A stretch of 33,466 nt of DNA from an uncultured Bacilli bacterium (GTDB lineage Bacteria; Bacillota_I; Bacilli_A; RF39; UBA660). Both the position numbers and the translations under genes were made by a program. The stretch lies in assembly GCA_947624125.1 (NCBI GenBank), contig CANQIY010000001.1:1-33466 (forward strand). The letters are read 5' to 3'. Shown here piece by piece: positions 1 to 8,504 of the stretch. Within the stretch, counting starts at the first letter, position 1. Every line of letters starts with the position of its first letter. The notes below the pieces were generated by a model. The model had not been told where the DNA came from. It saw only the letters and a program-made list of their open reading frames with translations, and did no database searches.

Positions 1-24
1 TAATAACATTTTATTCAATTAAAA

Positions 25-52
25 GAGAGCCTTTTTAAAAAGCCCTCGTTTT
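25..52 (+). terminator. Possible intrinsic terminator of the upstream (off-window) gene
   Basis: Imperfect stem GAGAGC (25-30) / GCCCTC (42-47) with one A.C mismatch, around a T5A5 loop, followed by GTTTT. Confidence 0.35.
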
Positions 53-107
53 AGTGTGTCTTAGTCTGAATTGTTACAAAATTTCTTTTAAATAGCGTTT
101 CTTTTTG

Positions 108-136
108 TTTACAAATATACTTTTTTTCTTTATAAT
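108..136 (+). promoter_or_regulatory. Sigma-A-type promoter for lon
   Basis: TTTACA (108-113), 17-nt spacer, TATAAT (131-136), about 25 nt upstream of the lon SD/ATG. Confidence 0.5.
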
Positions 137-161
137 AAAATTTGAACTTGGGAGGTTAATT

Positions 162-2456
162 ATGGATTATACACTACTAGTTATGATACTCAAAGATTTA
201 GTAATTTTACCTTTTCAAGAAATAAAGTTAGAATTAAAAGATGAAATTAGTAAACAAATTATTAAAATAAGTAGCAAACAATACAATAATCGGGTTTTGG
301 TAGCATCTCCTTTAACCCTAGAAGAAAGTTCATCAGTAGAAGATTTACCAAAAGTAGGAGTTGTTGCTTATATAAAAAGTAAAATTGAATTACCAAATGG
401 TAATTTACGTCTTACTTTAAGAGGTGAAAAACGAGTTCGCATTATTAAATATGATGTTTTTAGTAGTGATATTACAGATGCTTATATAACCGATATAATT
501 ATTCCCAAATTAGAAAGTACAAGTGAAGAAGTTATTCGAAATAAATTAAGAGAAACTTTAAACAATTATATTACATCATCTCCTAGTATTTCAAATAGTA
601 TATTAAAGACAGTTAATGATAATGATGATTTAAATTTTTTAACTGATGCAATTACAACTTTTATTCCGCTTAAAACTAGTCAAAAATTAGCTTATATGCA
701 AGAATTAAATAGTGAAAAAAGAGCTATTTCTTTGATGAGGGATTTAAATAAAGAAATAAAATATGGGGAATTAGAAGAAAAAATTGCTAATAATGTAGAA
801 GTAAAACTTACTAAAGAACAAGAAGAATATTATTTAAAAGAAAAAATTAAAGAAATAGAAAATAGTTTAGGTATTAATAATAAAGTTAATACTGAAATTA
901 AAAATTATTTAGATAAATTAGCAAGTCTAGATATTGCCAAGAAAACACATGATAAATTTTTAGAAGAAATAAACCGTTTACAAAGAATACCCGAAAGTTC
1001 ACCGGAAAGTACCGTTGTTAGTACGTATTTAAATACCGTTTTATCTCTTCCCTGGAATAAAAAAAGTAAAGAAAATTTAAATAGTAAAAGTGTTTTAAGT
1101 ATTTTAAATAAGAGTCATTATGGTTTAGATGAAGTTAAAGAAAGAATTGAAGATTATGTTAATGTAAAAAATATTAATCCCACTTTACATAGTCCAATTA
1201 TTTGTTTAGTTGGTCCTCCCGGAGTTGGTAAAACGACTATTTCCGAAAGTATTGCTAATTCCCTAAATAGAGAATTTTATAAAATTAGTGTTGGGGGTTT
1301 AAATGACTCAACAGAGCTTGTTGGAACAAGAAGAACTTATCTTGGGGCTTTACCCGGTAAAATAATTCAAGCTATTAAGAAATGTAATACGAATAATCCC
1401 GTTATTCTAATTGATGAAGTCGATAAAATGGTTAAAGATTATAAAGGCGACCCTGCTAGTACTTTACTCGATATCTTAGATAGTAATCAAAATAAATATT
1501 TTATTGATAACTATGTTGAAGAAGCTTTTGATTTAAGTGATGTTTTATTTATTTTGACCGCTAATGATGAAGATTTAATTCCTCACACTTTATATGACCG
1601 CTTAGAAATTATTAATTTAGCTAGTTATTCCGTTTTTGAAAAAATAGATATGGCTAAAAAATATATTTTACCAGCTATATATGATGAATTTAATTTAACG
1701 AAAAAATTAGTTATGAAAGATGAAACTATTGCTTATTTAATTAATAATTATACGAAAGAAGCCGGGGTACGTAATTTAAAGAAAGCATTAAGAACACTTG
1801 TTGCGAAAATAATTACGAGTAAAAAAGATAATTATACGGTCACTAATTTAGATATTAATAAGTATTTAAAAAATCCAACTAATAATTATGTTAATAAAGA
1901 AATATTAGAAAGTGGCATTGTTAATGCACTTGCTTATACCAGTTATGGTGGTATTACATTAAGAGTAGAGTGTGCCATGTATAATGGGGAAGAGAAAATC
2001 TTAGTAACTGGTTCACTTGGTGATGTTTTAAAAGAAAGTATTGAAGTTGCTATTTCTTATATTAAAGAAAAAGGCTATGTTAGTAGTACAATGTTTTATA
2101 ATCGTATTTTGCATATTCATATGTTAGATGGTGGAACAAAGAAAGAAGGTCCATCAAGTGGGGTGGCTATCACAAGTGCTATTTTATCCAAATTATTAGA
2201 GCAAAAAGTACCAGAAACTATTGCTTTTACGGGTGAAATAACTTTGAAAGGGGAAATTCTTAAAGTAGGGGGTATTAAAGAAAAACTAGTCGCTGCCTAT
2301 AATGCAAATGTTAAAACAGTTTATTTACCACTTGATAATAGTAGTGATTTAACCGAAATACCAGCTCCGATTTTAGAAAAATTAGAAATAAAATTAGTTG
2401 ATAATTACGAAACGATTTTTAATGATTTATTTAAAAAAGAAGAACTAGAAAAATAA
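162..2456 (+). CDS. lon: ATP-dependent Lon protease (LonA type)
   Basis: The track ORF starts at TTG 105, but ATG 162 is preceded by GGGAGG (150-155). It has an N-terminal LON domain, Walker A GPPGVGKT, the Lon serine motif KKEGPSSGVA and the GGIKEKLVAA lysine motif. Confidence 0.95.
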   Translation: MDYTLLVMILKDLVILPFQEIKLELKDEISKQIIKISSKQYNNRVLVASPLTLEESSSVEDLPKVGVVAYIKSKIELPNGNLRLTLRGEKRVRIIKYDVFSSDITDAYITDIIIPKLESTSEEVIRNKLRETLNNYITSSPSISNSILKTVNDNDDLNFLTDAITTFIPLKTSQKLAYMQELNSEKRAISLMRDLNKEIKYGELEEKIANNVEVKLTKEQEEYYLKEKIKEIENSLGINNKVNTEIKNYLDKLASLDIAKKTHDKFLEEINRLQRIPESSPESTVVSTYLNTVLSLPWNKKSKENLNSKSVLSILNKSHYGLDEVKERIEDYVNVKNINPTLHSPIICLVGPPGVGKTTISESIANSLNREFYKISVGGLNDSTELVGTRRTYLGALPGKIIQAIKKCNTNNPVILIDEVDKMVKDYKGDPASTLLDILDSNQNKYFIDNYVEEAFDLSDVLFILTANDEDLIPHTLYDRLEIINLASYSVFEKIDMAKKYILPAIYDEFNLTKKLVMKDETIAYLINNYTKEAGVRNLKKALRTLVAKIITSKKDNYTVTNLDINKYLKNPTNNYVNKEILESGIVNALAYTSYGGITLRVECAMYNGEEKILVTGSLGDVLKESIEVAISYIKEKGYVSSTMFYNRILHIHMLDGGTKKEGPSSGVAITSAILSKLLEQKVPETIAFTGEITLKGEILKVGGIKEKLVAAYNANVKTVYLPLDNSSDLTEIPAPILEKLEIKLVDNYETIFNDLFKKEELEK

Positions 2457-2457
2457 T

Positions 2458-2488
2458 ATGACATAACATATTATTTTTCTTATGTCAT
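2458..2488. repeat. Perfect 9-bp inverted repeat directly after the lon stop codon
   Basis: ATGACATAA (2458-2466) / TTATGTCAT (2480-2488) with a 13-nt loop and no following T-tract. It could be a weak terminator or an operator. Confidence 0.4.
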
Positions 2489-2535
2489 GAATAAATTATT
2501 TTTGTAATACATATTATTTTTTAGGAGATGATAAT

Positions 2536-3264
2536 ATGTATGTAAAGATACCGTTTGAAAGTAGTATTGAATTTAAAACTAATATTAGTGAAATAACCAA
2601 AATGTCTTTAGAGCATGATTTTAGTGTTAGTGATGGGGTTATTCTTGGTAATTTTTATGTTAGTGGAGAATATCGAGTTCATGAAGTTAGTATTAATAAA
2701 GAACCATTTAAATATACTTTACCATTTACAGTTGAATTAAGAGATGACTTAGATAGAGATACATTAGAATTTAATATTGAAGATTTTTCTTATGACATTG
2801 AAAATAATAATACTTTAAAAGTTAATATTGTTTATTCTTTAAAAGGTGATGTCAAAGAAGAGGAAGAAGAATTATTTACAAGAGTGAATGAAGAAGAACT
2901 TGATAGTGAACTTAAAAAAATAGATGAAGTATTAAATAGTAAGGAAGTAAATGATGAAAATGAAGAGAAAGAAAAAATAGAGGTAAAAGAAGAGAAAGAG
3001 GAGAAAGAAATTCCGGAAGAAAAAAAGGAAGAAAATATGGATGAAGAAAGATTAAATGCTTCGGAGGAGAAAACAGTTATGGAAACAATTAAAAATAGTG
3101 ATGATACATTTGTTACTTATCATATACATATCGTTAAAGAAAATGAAACTTTAGAAGGAATATGTAGTTTATATGGAGTTAATAGTAATTTAATTAGTGA
3201 ATATAATGTTATTGATAATTTAAATGTAGGAGATAAAATATTAATACCAAAAATAGATGAATAA
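2536..3264 (+). CDS. spoVID: SpoVID/SipL-like spore-coat morphogenetic protein (N-terminal SpoVID-type domain, acidic linker, C-terminal LysM)
   Basis: AGGAG SD 8 nt upstream. The N-terminal ~105 aa follow the SpoVID N-domain pattern (…GNFYVSGEY…, …IEDFSYDI…). The middle is Glu/Lys-rich. The C-terminus is LysM (YHIHIVKENETLEGICSLYGVN…VGDKILIP). The gene overlaps a ysxE-like gene, as in the B. subtilis spoVID-ysxE operon. Confidence 0.65.
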   Translation: MYVKIPFESSIEFKTNISEITKMSLEHDFSVSDGVILGNFYVSGEYRVHEVSINKEPFKYTLPFTVELRDDLDRDTLEFNIEDFSYDIENNNTLKVNIVYSLKGDVKEEEEELFTRVNEEELDSELKKIDEVLNSKEVNDENEEKEKIEVKEEKEEKEIPEEKKEENMDEERLNASEEKTVMETIKNSDDTFVTYHIHIVKENETLEGICSLYGVNSNLISEYNVIDNLNVGDKILIPKIDE

Positions 3265-4150
3265 GTTAGAATCGTTAAAATCTTTATATAAGCCTTATCG
3301 TTATACCATTAAGGGTAAGTGTACCATATTAGAAACAACAAGTGGTAATTTTGTCATTAAAAAAAAGCCTTTGCAAAAAGACTTAGTAAGTATATTTAAT
3401 TATTTAAAAAGTCGTAATTTTATTTATTTTCCCGAAATAATTTCTTCTAGTCGTGATGATACTTATGTATATGAATATATTGAAGATAATGGTTATATTG
3501 ACCCCACTAAATCTGAAGATTTAATTACTCTAGTGGCTCATTTACATGCTAAGACATCTTTTAATAAAGATGTCTCAGAAGAAAGTTATAAAGAAATTTA
3601 TGAAGATATCAAAAATAATATTATGTATTTAAGAGATTATTATTTAAAATATTATGAATTATTTATAAAAAATATTTATCCTTCCCCAGCTGAATATGCT
3701 TTCTTAAGAAATTATTCCAAAATTCAAGCTGCGCTTTCTTTTAGTGAAAGAGAGCTAGATGACTGGTATAATTTAGTAAGAGATAAGAAAAGTGAAAGAA
3801 TATCGCTTGTTCATAATAATTTAAGTTTAGACCATTTTATAAGGGGTGAAAAAGACTGTTTAATTAGTTGGGATAAAGCTAAATTTGATACCCCGGTCTT
3901 AGATTTAGTTACTCTTTATCAAAATAATTTTTGGGAATTAGAATTTTCGACTATTTATAACCGTTATTTACAAATATCTTCTTTAACTAATGAAGAACAA
4001 AAATTATTTTTTATTTTAATATCTTTAGTTCCGGAAATGAAATTTGATGAAAATGAATTTAATAATACCAAAAGAGTTCGCAAAAATTTAGATTATATCT
4101 TTAAAACCGAACAATTTTTAAAACCATACTATGCGACTGACACAGAGTAG
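3257..4150 (+). CDS. ysxE: CotS/YsxE-family spore-coat protein (kinase-like fold, catalytic motif degenerate)
   Basis: Its ATG overlaps the spoVID stop by 8 nt (ATGAATAA). It has APH/CotS-like architecture with HNNLSLDH (3812-3835) where HxDxxxxN is expected, followed by ISWDKAKFD. Its position after spoVID matches B. subtilis. Confidence 0.6.
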   Translation: MNKLESLKSLYKPYRYTIKGKCTILETTSGNFVIKKKPLQKDLVSIFNYLKSRNFIYFPEIISSSRDDTYVYEYIEDNGYIDPTKSEDLITLVAHLHAKTSFNKDVSEESYKEIYEDIKNNIMYLRDYYLKYYELFIKNIYPSPAEYAFLRNYSKIQAALSFSERELDDWYNLVRDKKSERISLVHNNLSLDHFIRGEKDCLISWDKAKFDTPVLDLVTLYQNNFWELEFSTIYNRYLQISSLTNEEQKLFFILISLVPEMKFDENEFNNTKRVRKNLDYIFKTEQFLKPYYATDTE

Positions 4151-4291
4151 TAATAAAATAATTTCGACTGTTAAGATAAAAATATTATAGCGAAAAGGTA
4201 AAATGAAAGTAATAATTAATTGATAAAATATTAAAATACATAAACCAATAGCGCAAAAGATAAAAAAAGTTGGATTATTTTTATAAGGCAT
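4118..4291 (-). CDS. Candidate 57-aa two-TM hydrophobic peptide (below the ORF-track size cut-off)
   Basis: Minus-strand ATG at 4291 lies 5 nt after AGGTGA (complement of 4297-4302). Translation is MPYKNNPTFFIFCAIGLCILIFYQLIITFILPFRYNIFILTVEIILLLLCVSRIVWF. It fills an otherwise empty 273-nt gap and is convergent with ysxE, overlapping it by 33 nt. No convincing promoter was found, and AT-rich antisense DNA readily gives such ORFs. Confidence 0.25.
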   Translation of the reverse strand: MPYKNNPTFFIFCAIGLCILIFYQLIITFILPFRYNIFILTVEIILLLLCVSRIVWF

Positions 4292-4362
4292 CTAAATCAC
4301 CTATTATAATATATTTATGATAGATGTTTTTGGTGCTTTTTTATTATTTTTGTTTTAAATAA

Positions 4363-4391
4363 TTGCTAAAATTTTTAATTTGTCTTATACT
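4363..4391 (+). promoter_or_regulatory. Sigma-A-type promoter for the DUF11 surface-protein gene
   Basis: TTGCTA (4363-4368), 17-nt spacer, TATACT (4386-4391). Confidence 0.45.
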
Positions 4392-4432
4392 AATATATAG
4401 ATAGTAAAAAGATAGTAGGAAGTGTGATTAGC

Positions 4433-7400
4433 ATGAAAAGGTTTGTTAAATTATATATTGGTCTTTTTATCATCGTTGGTATTGTTATTGCCGGGTTTAT
4501 TTATATGAAACCAAAAGAAACTTTAGCAACGATGAAAACTTATTTTGAAGTTGAAGAGGAAAATGAAACGTATAAAACAGTTAAGTTTTATTTTCAGTTA
4601 AATAATGGGGACCGAAAAAATATTGCCATTATTGATTTAACTTTAACAGAGTTAGAAGTAGAAGAAGTAACTCCACTTAATGATTTTGTTAAGTATGATG
4701 ATGAAACAAATGAACAAGAACATCGATATGCTTTTGCGTCGAATAAAGTTTATTCAAATGATAGTAGAGATAATATTGATAATGCTGAAAAAATATATTT
4801 TGCTAAAATAAAATTTAAGAAATTAAATGTTGGTTGTAATTTAAGTATAAGTCCTGATTTAAGTAAAAATATAATTAATACTAATAATTTTACGTTGAAA
4901 AAAGAAGCTTATAAAGATGGTGATAAAATTGCTGATGTAAAAGTAGGTGAAGAATTTATTTATCGCCTTACCGTAACAGGTAATAATGATTTACCTAGTG
5001 ATAAAGTGACAATTACCGATACTATTCCGGATGATTTACAAATTATGGATGCAGGAAAAGGAAAAGTTAATGGGCAAACGATTACTTGGGAATTTGAGTC
5101 ATTTCCAAAAGGAAGTAAAACCGAAACATTAGAAGTTAGAGTTAAAGCTTTAAAAGAAAATAATCGTGTTGTTAATAAAGCTACTTTAAAAGTAGGAGAT
5201 AAAACTTTAGAAGATGAAGAAGATGTTTCTATTGTTGACTCTCATATTACAATTGAAAAAACGGCAAGTGTTACAAAAGTATCAAATGGTAATGAATACT
5301 ATTATACTTTAACAGTTAAAAATACGGGTCGTGGAAAATCTGAAAATGTCGTAGTTGAAGATACTTTAGATGACAACCTAGAACTTGTAAATATTGATAG
5401 AGCTTATACTAATGAGGGCAATAAATACACGATTAATTTAGGAGAGATGGAAGCAAATCAAACGATTACTATTAAAGTAACAGTTAAGGTTAAAGACGAT
5501 AATGAAAAAGAAATAATTAATAATAAAGCGACAGCTAAAGAAGGAGAAAAAACACCTTCTGAAGATGAGGTAACAGTTGATGTTTTAAAACCAAATTTAA
5601 GTGTAGAAAAAACCGCAAGCGTGGAAACAGTCAAAAGAGGTAATACTTTTAATTACGTGATTAAAGTTGTTAATAATGGGGAAGGTAATGCCCTTAATGT
5701 TGATATTAAAGATAAAATTAGTGATAATTTTGAAATAACGAGAATGGTACCGAATAATCATGAAGGTAATGTTATAAATGTCCATTATGATAAAATTTTA
5801 CCTCATGAAACGAAAACGATTACCATAACGGTTAAAGCTAAAGAAGAAGCTAGTTTAGGTGAGGTAAGTAATACAGTAACAGTTACGAGTGATAATAATG
5901 ATGATGTAAAAGATGATGCTAATGTAGAAATAGTCGATTCCAATATTACAATTGAAAAAACAGCTAGTAAAGCAGTCTTACAAGTAGGAGAAGAATTTAG
6001 TTATACTTTAACAGTTAAAAATACAGGTAAAGCAACAAGTAGTGTTATTGTGGTAACTGATGTAATTGATAGTAATTTAGAAATCATGGAAGCAACCGGA
6101 GCCAGTCGAAATGGACAAACCCTAACTTGGACTATTCCATCCCTTTCTCCATCTGAGGCTCGTGAATTAACCATTAAAGTTAAAACAAAAAAAATTACAT
6201 CTAGTGAACTTACTATTCCAAATACCGCGGTAGCTAAAGAAAATGGGAAAGCTCCGGTTGATGATAATTATCCCGTAGTGGTTAAAAAACCTAATTTGAG
6301 TATTACAAAAGAAGCTTTAAAATATAATGAAGATAGTAAGCTTTGTGAAAAAGTTGAAGATAGTCTAGTTGTAAGACCAAATGAAAAATATTGTTATGAG
6401 ATTAAAGTACAAAATAATAGTGAAGTAAATGCTTTAGATGTTTTAATTGAAGATGAGATTAATGAATTATTAGAAATAGTTGATGCTAAAAATGCAAGTA
6501 GTAATGGGCAAAAACTTAGTTGGCATGAAGATGTTATAACGGCCGGGGAAGTTAAAACTTATGAAGTTGTAGTAAAACCTAAAGAAAATATTAATGAAAG
6601 TATTACTATTCCTAATGTTGCAATTCTTACTTATAATGAAGAAGAAAAAGAAGCTAGTGTAACAGTACCAGTAATTAAAGAAGATATTTATATTATTAAA
6701 AAAGCTCAAAAGAAAAAGTTAACAGCAGGTGAAACTTTTAAATATGTTCTAACAATTGGTAACCGTGGTGATGATTATAATGATACTATAACAGTAAGTG
6801 ATAATTTAAGAGAAGAATTAACTTTTGTTAAATATACTTATCCGGAAAAAGTGACAGCTAGTCAAAATGAAAATAATTTAACCTTTAATATTAGTGGTTT
6901 AAAGAAAAATGAAAGTATTAATATCGAAATAGAAGTTAAGGTTAAAGAAAATGTTAAAAAAGATACCAAAATAAATAATGTTGCAATTCTTACTTATGAT
7001 GATAAAGAAGTAACAAGTGAAGATGATGTTACCGTTATTGGACCAATAATTAAAGTTAAAAAATTAGCAAGTGTTAATTATATCACAAAAGATGAAGAGT
7101 TTTACTATACAATCGAGGTTTCTAATGAAGGTGAAGTACCAGCGTATAACTTAATTGTAACTGATACCTTTGATAATAGATTAGAAATTTTAGATAACGC
7201 TAGTGGGGTAGTAGATGAAAATACCATCACTTGGAATATTGATGTTTTAAATGGGGGTGAGACTCGTAAATTTAGAATCAAAGCAGTGTTACATAGTATT
7301 TTAGATGTTGATGACATAATTAATAATGTTGTAGTTACTGTTCCAAATGAAGAAGATAAAACAGCTGAAGTAGAAAATCCGGTTTTAGAGCCAACTTTCA

Positions 7401-7846
7401 GTATTAGAAAAGAAGTAAGTAAAACAAGAGTTGTAAAAGGAGAAGAGTTTGAATACTATATCATTTTAAAAAATGAAAGTAATATAGCTATAGATAATAT
7501 AGTAATTAATGATACTATTCATGATAATTTAGAAATTATCGGGGCTGAAAATTTAGCTGTGGAAGTTCAAGTAGTTAAAGGAATAACAAGTCTAGCTCCG
7601 AATGAAGAAAAGAAATTTACAATTAAAGTTCGCGTTTTAAATGATGATATTGAAGAAATACCTAATAGTGCTGTAGCTACTTATAAAGAGCAAACCAAAA
7701 ATAGTAATGAAGTCATTGTAGAAGTAAGTGTTATTAACCCCAAAACAGGCACAATAAATCGTATAATCTTATCTATAATGGGTATTACTATCTTAGTTGG
7801 GGGAACAATTTATTTAAATAAAAGAAAAGTATTATATAAAATTTAA
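4433..7846 (+). CDS. Large cell-wall-anchored surface protein with eight tandem DUF11 (conserved repeat domain) modules and an NPKTG sorting signal
   Basis: ATG 4433 follows AGGAAGTG; the track start GTG 4424 is less likely. It has an N-terminal signal/anchor (FVKLYIGLFIIVGIVIAGFIY) and a ~120-aa unique N-domain. Eight ~115-131-aa repeats match the DUF11/TIGR01451 pattern (…ITIEKTAS…G..F.YTLTVKNTG…V.V.D.L…L…). The C-terminus carries NPKTG, a hydrophobic segment and an NKRK tail. Confidence 0.85.
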   Translation: MKRFVKLYIGLFIIVGIVIAGFIYMKPKETLATMKTYFEVEEENETYKTVKFYFQLNNGDRKNIAIIDLTLTELEVEEVTPLNDFVKYDDETNEQEHRYAFASNKVYSNDSRDNIDNAEKIYFAKIKFKKLNVGCNLSISPDLSKNIINTNNFTLKKEAYKDGDKIADVKVGEEFIYRLTVTGNNDLPSDKVTITDTIPDDLQIMDAGKGKVNGQTITWEFESFPKGSKTETLEVRVKALKENNRVVNKATLKVGDKTLEDEEDVSIVDSHITIEKTASVTKVSNGNEYYYTLTVKNTGRGKSENVVVEDTLDDNLELVNIDRAYTNEGNKYTINLGEMEANQTITIKVTVKVKDDNEKEIINNKATAKEGEKTPSEDEVTVDVLKPNLSVEKTASVETVKRGNTFNYVIKVVNNGEGNALNVDIKDKISDNFEITRMVPNNHEGNVINVHYDKILPHETKTITITVKAKEEASLGEVSNTVTVTSDNNDDVKDDANVEIVDSNITIEKTASKAVLQVGEEFSYTLTVKNTGKATSSVIVVTDVIDSNLEIMEATGASRNGQTLTWTIPSLSPSEARELTIKVKTKKITSSELTIPNTAVAKENGKAPVDDNYPVVVKKPNLSITKEALKYNEDSKLCEKVEDSLVVRPNEKYCYEIKVQNNSEVNALDVLIEDEINELLEIVDAKNASSNGQKLSWHEDVITAGEVKTYEVVVKPKENINESITIPNVAILTYNEEEKEASVTVPVIKEDIYIIKKAQKKKLTAGETFKYVLTIGNRGDDYNDTITVSDNLREELTFVKYTYPEKVTASQNENNLTFNISGLKKNESINIEIEVKVKENVKKDTKINNVAILTYDDKEVTSEDDVTVIGPIIKVKKLASVNYITKDEEFYYTIEVSNEGEVPAYNLIVTDTFDNRLEILDNASGVVDENTITWNIDVLNGGETRKFRIKAVLHSILDVDDIINNVVVTVPNEEDKTAEVENPVLEPTFSIRKEVSKTRVVKGEEFEYYIILKNESNIAIDNIVINDTIHDNLEIIGAENLAVEVQVVKGITSLAPNEEKKFTIKVRVLNDDIEEIPNSAVATYKEQTKNSNEVIVEVSVINPKTGTINRIILSIMGITILVGGTIYLNKRKVLYKI
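4889..7735 (+). repeat. Array of eight in-frame DUF11 domain repeats
   Basis: Domain starts are at 4889, 5240, 5591, 5939, 6290, 6683, 7043 and 7391, with lengths of 345-393 nt. An exact 19-mer (5244-5262 = 5943-5961) and an exact 23-mer (5303-5325 = 6002-6024) both sit at a 699-nt offset, which equals a two-domain unit. Confidence 0.85.
7736..7843 (+). other. C-terminal sortase sorting signal (NPKTG + TM + basic tail)
   Basis: NPKTG is encoded at 7736-7750, followed by TINRIILSIMGITILVGGTIYL and NKRKVLYKI. NPKTG is the motif of the class-B sortase substrate IsdC in Bacillus anthracis. Confidence 0.75.
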
Positions 7847-7870
7847 GAGATGGGTAAAACCATCTTTTAT
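7845..7870 (+). terminator. Intrinsic terminator after the DUF11 gene
   Basis: AGATGG (7848-7853) / CCATCT (7860-7865) with loop GTAAAA, followed by TTTTATTATT. Confidence 0.6.
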
Positions 7871-7872
7871 TA

Positions 7873-7901
7873 TTGAATATTTAAGCTATATATGGTAATA
7901 T
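7873..7901 (+). promoter_or_regulatory. Extended -10 promoter for lemA
   Basis: TTGAAT (7873-7878), 17-nt spacer, TGgTAATAT (7893-7901). Confidence 0.5.
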
Positions 7902-7925
7902 AAATTATAGAGGAGGATTATTAAT

Positions 7926-8471
7926 ATGTGGTGGATTATTTTAATTGTTGTCGTTTTAATAGTACTTTATTTCATTAGTGTTTATAATAGTTTAGTTAGT
8001 TTAAGAAATAAAGTAGAAGACCAATATAGTCAAATTGATGTTGAATTAAAAAGAAGATTTGATTTAATACCTAATTTAGTTGAAACAGTTAAAGGTTATA
8101 CTAAACATGAAAGTGAAACATTAGAAAATGTTGTTAAAGCTAGAAATGCTTATGTTAGTGCTGATAATATGGCTAATCAATTAGAGGCCGATGGAGAATT
8201 AACTCGGGCAATTAGTAAATTATTTGCTTTAACAGAAAGTTATCCGGATTTAAAAGCTAATGAAAATTTTATTAATTTACAAAATGAATTATCTTCTATT
8301 GAAGAAAAAATCGTTTATGCACGTGGTTTCTATAATGACTCTGTTTTAAAGTTAAATAATAAAATTCAAATGTTTCCTTCTAGCATAGTTGCTAAAATGT
8401 TTCATTTTGAGAAAAAGACTTATTTTGAAGCAGCTAAAGAAGAAAGAGAAAACGTTAAAGTTAAATTTTAA
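7926..8471 (+). CDS. lemA: LemA-family membrane protein
   Basis: AGAGGAGGA SD. It has an N-terminal TM (WWIILIVVVLIVLYFISVYN) followed by the LemA signature region (SLVSLRNKVEDQYSQIDVELKRRFDLIPNLVETVKGY…E…L..V..AR). Confidence 0.9.
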   Translation: MWWIILIVVVLIVLYFISVYNSLVSLRNKVEDQYSQIDVELKRRFDLIPNLVETVKGYTKHESETLENVVKARNAYVSADNMANQLEADGELTRAISKLFALTESYPDLKANENFINLQNELSSIEEKIVYARGFYNDSVLKLNNKIQMFPSSIVAKMFHFEKKTYFEAAKEERENVKVKF

Positions 8472-8488
8472 GGCATTAATAATGCCTT
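8470..8488 (+). promoter_or_regulatory. 8-bp hairpin between lemA and the DUF2207 gene (possible partial terminator or processing site)
   Basis: AAGGCATT (8470-8477) / AATGCCTT (8481-8488) with a 3-nt loop and only a short T run. The DUF2207 gene starts 17 nt later. Confidence 0.35.
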
Positions 8489-8504
8489 TTAATATGGTGG
8501 TGTT

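Noticed and set aside
2500-2535. A sigma-E-like -10 (CATATTAT, 2510-2517) upstream of the spoVID-like gene.
   Set aside because: It would place the transcription start on or inside the SD (AGGAG 2523-2527). I could not find a matching -35 at the right distance, so it is too weak to call.
2850-3080. Purine-rich GAA/GAG/AAA reiteration that looks like a tandem DNA repeat.
   Set aside because: It is the in-frame Glu/Lys-rich acidic linker of the SpoVID-like protein. This is low-complexity coding sequence with no fixed repeat unit.
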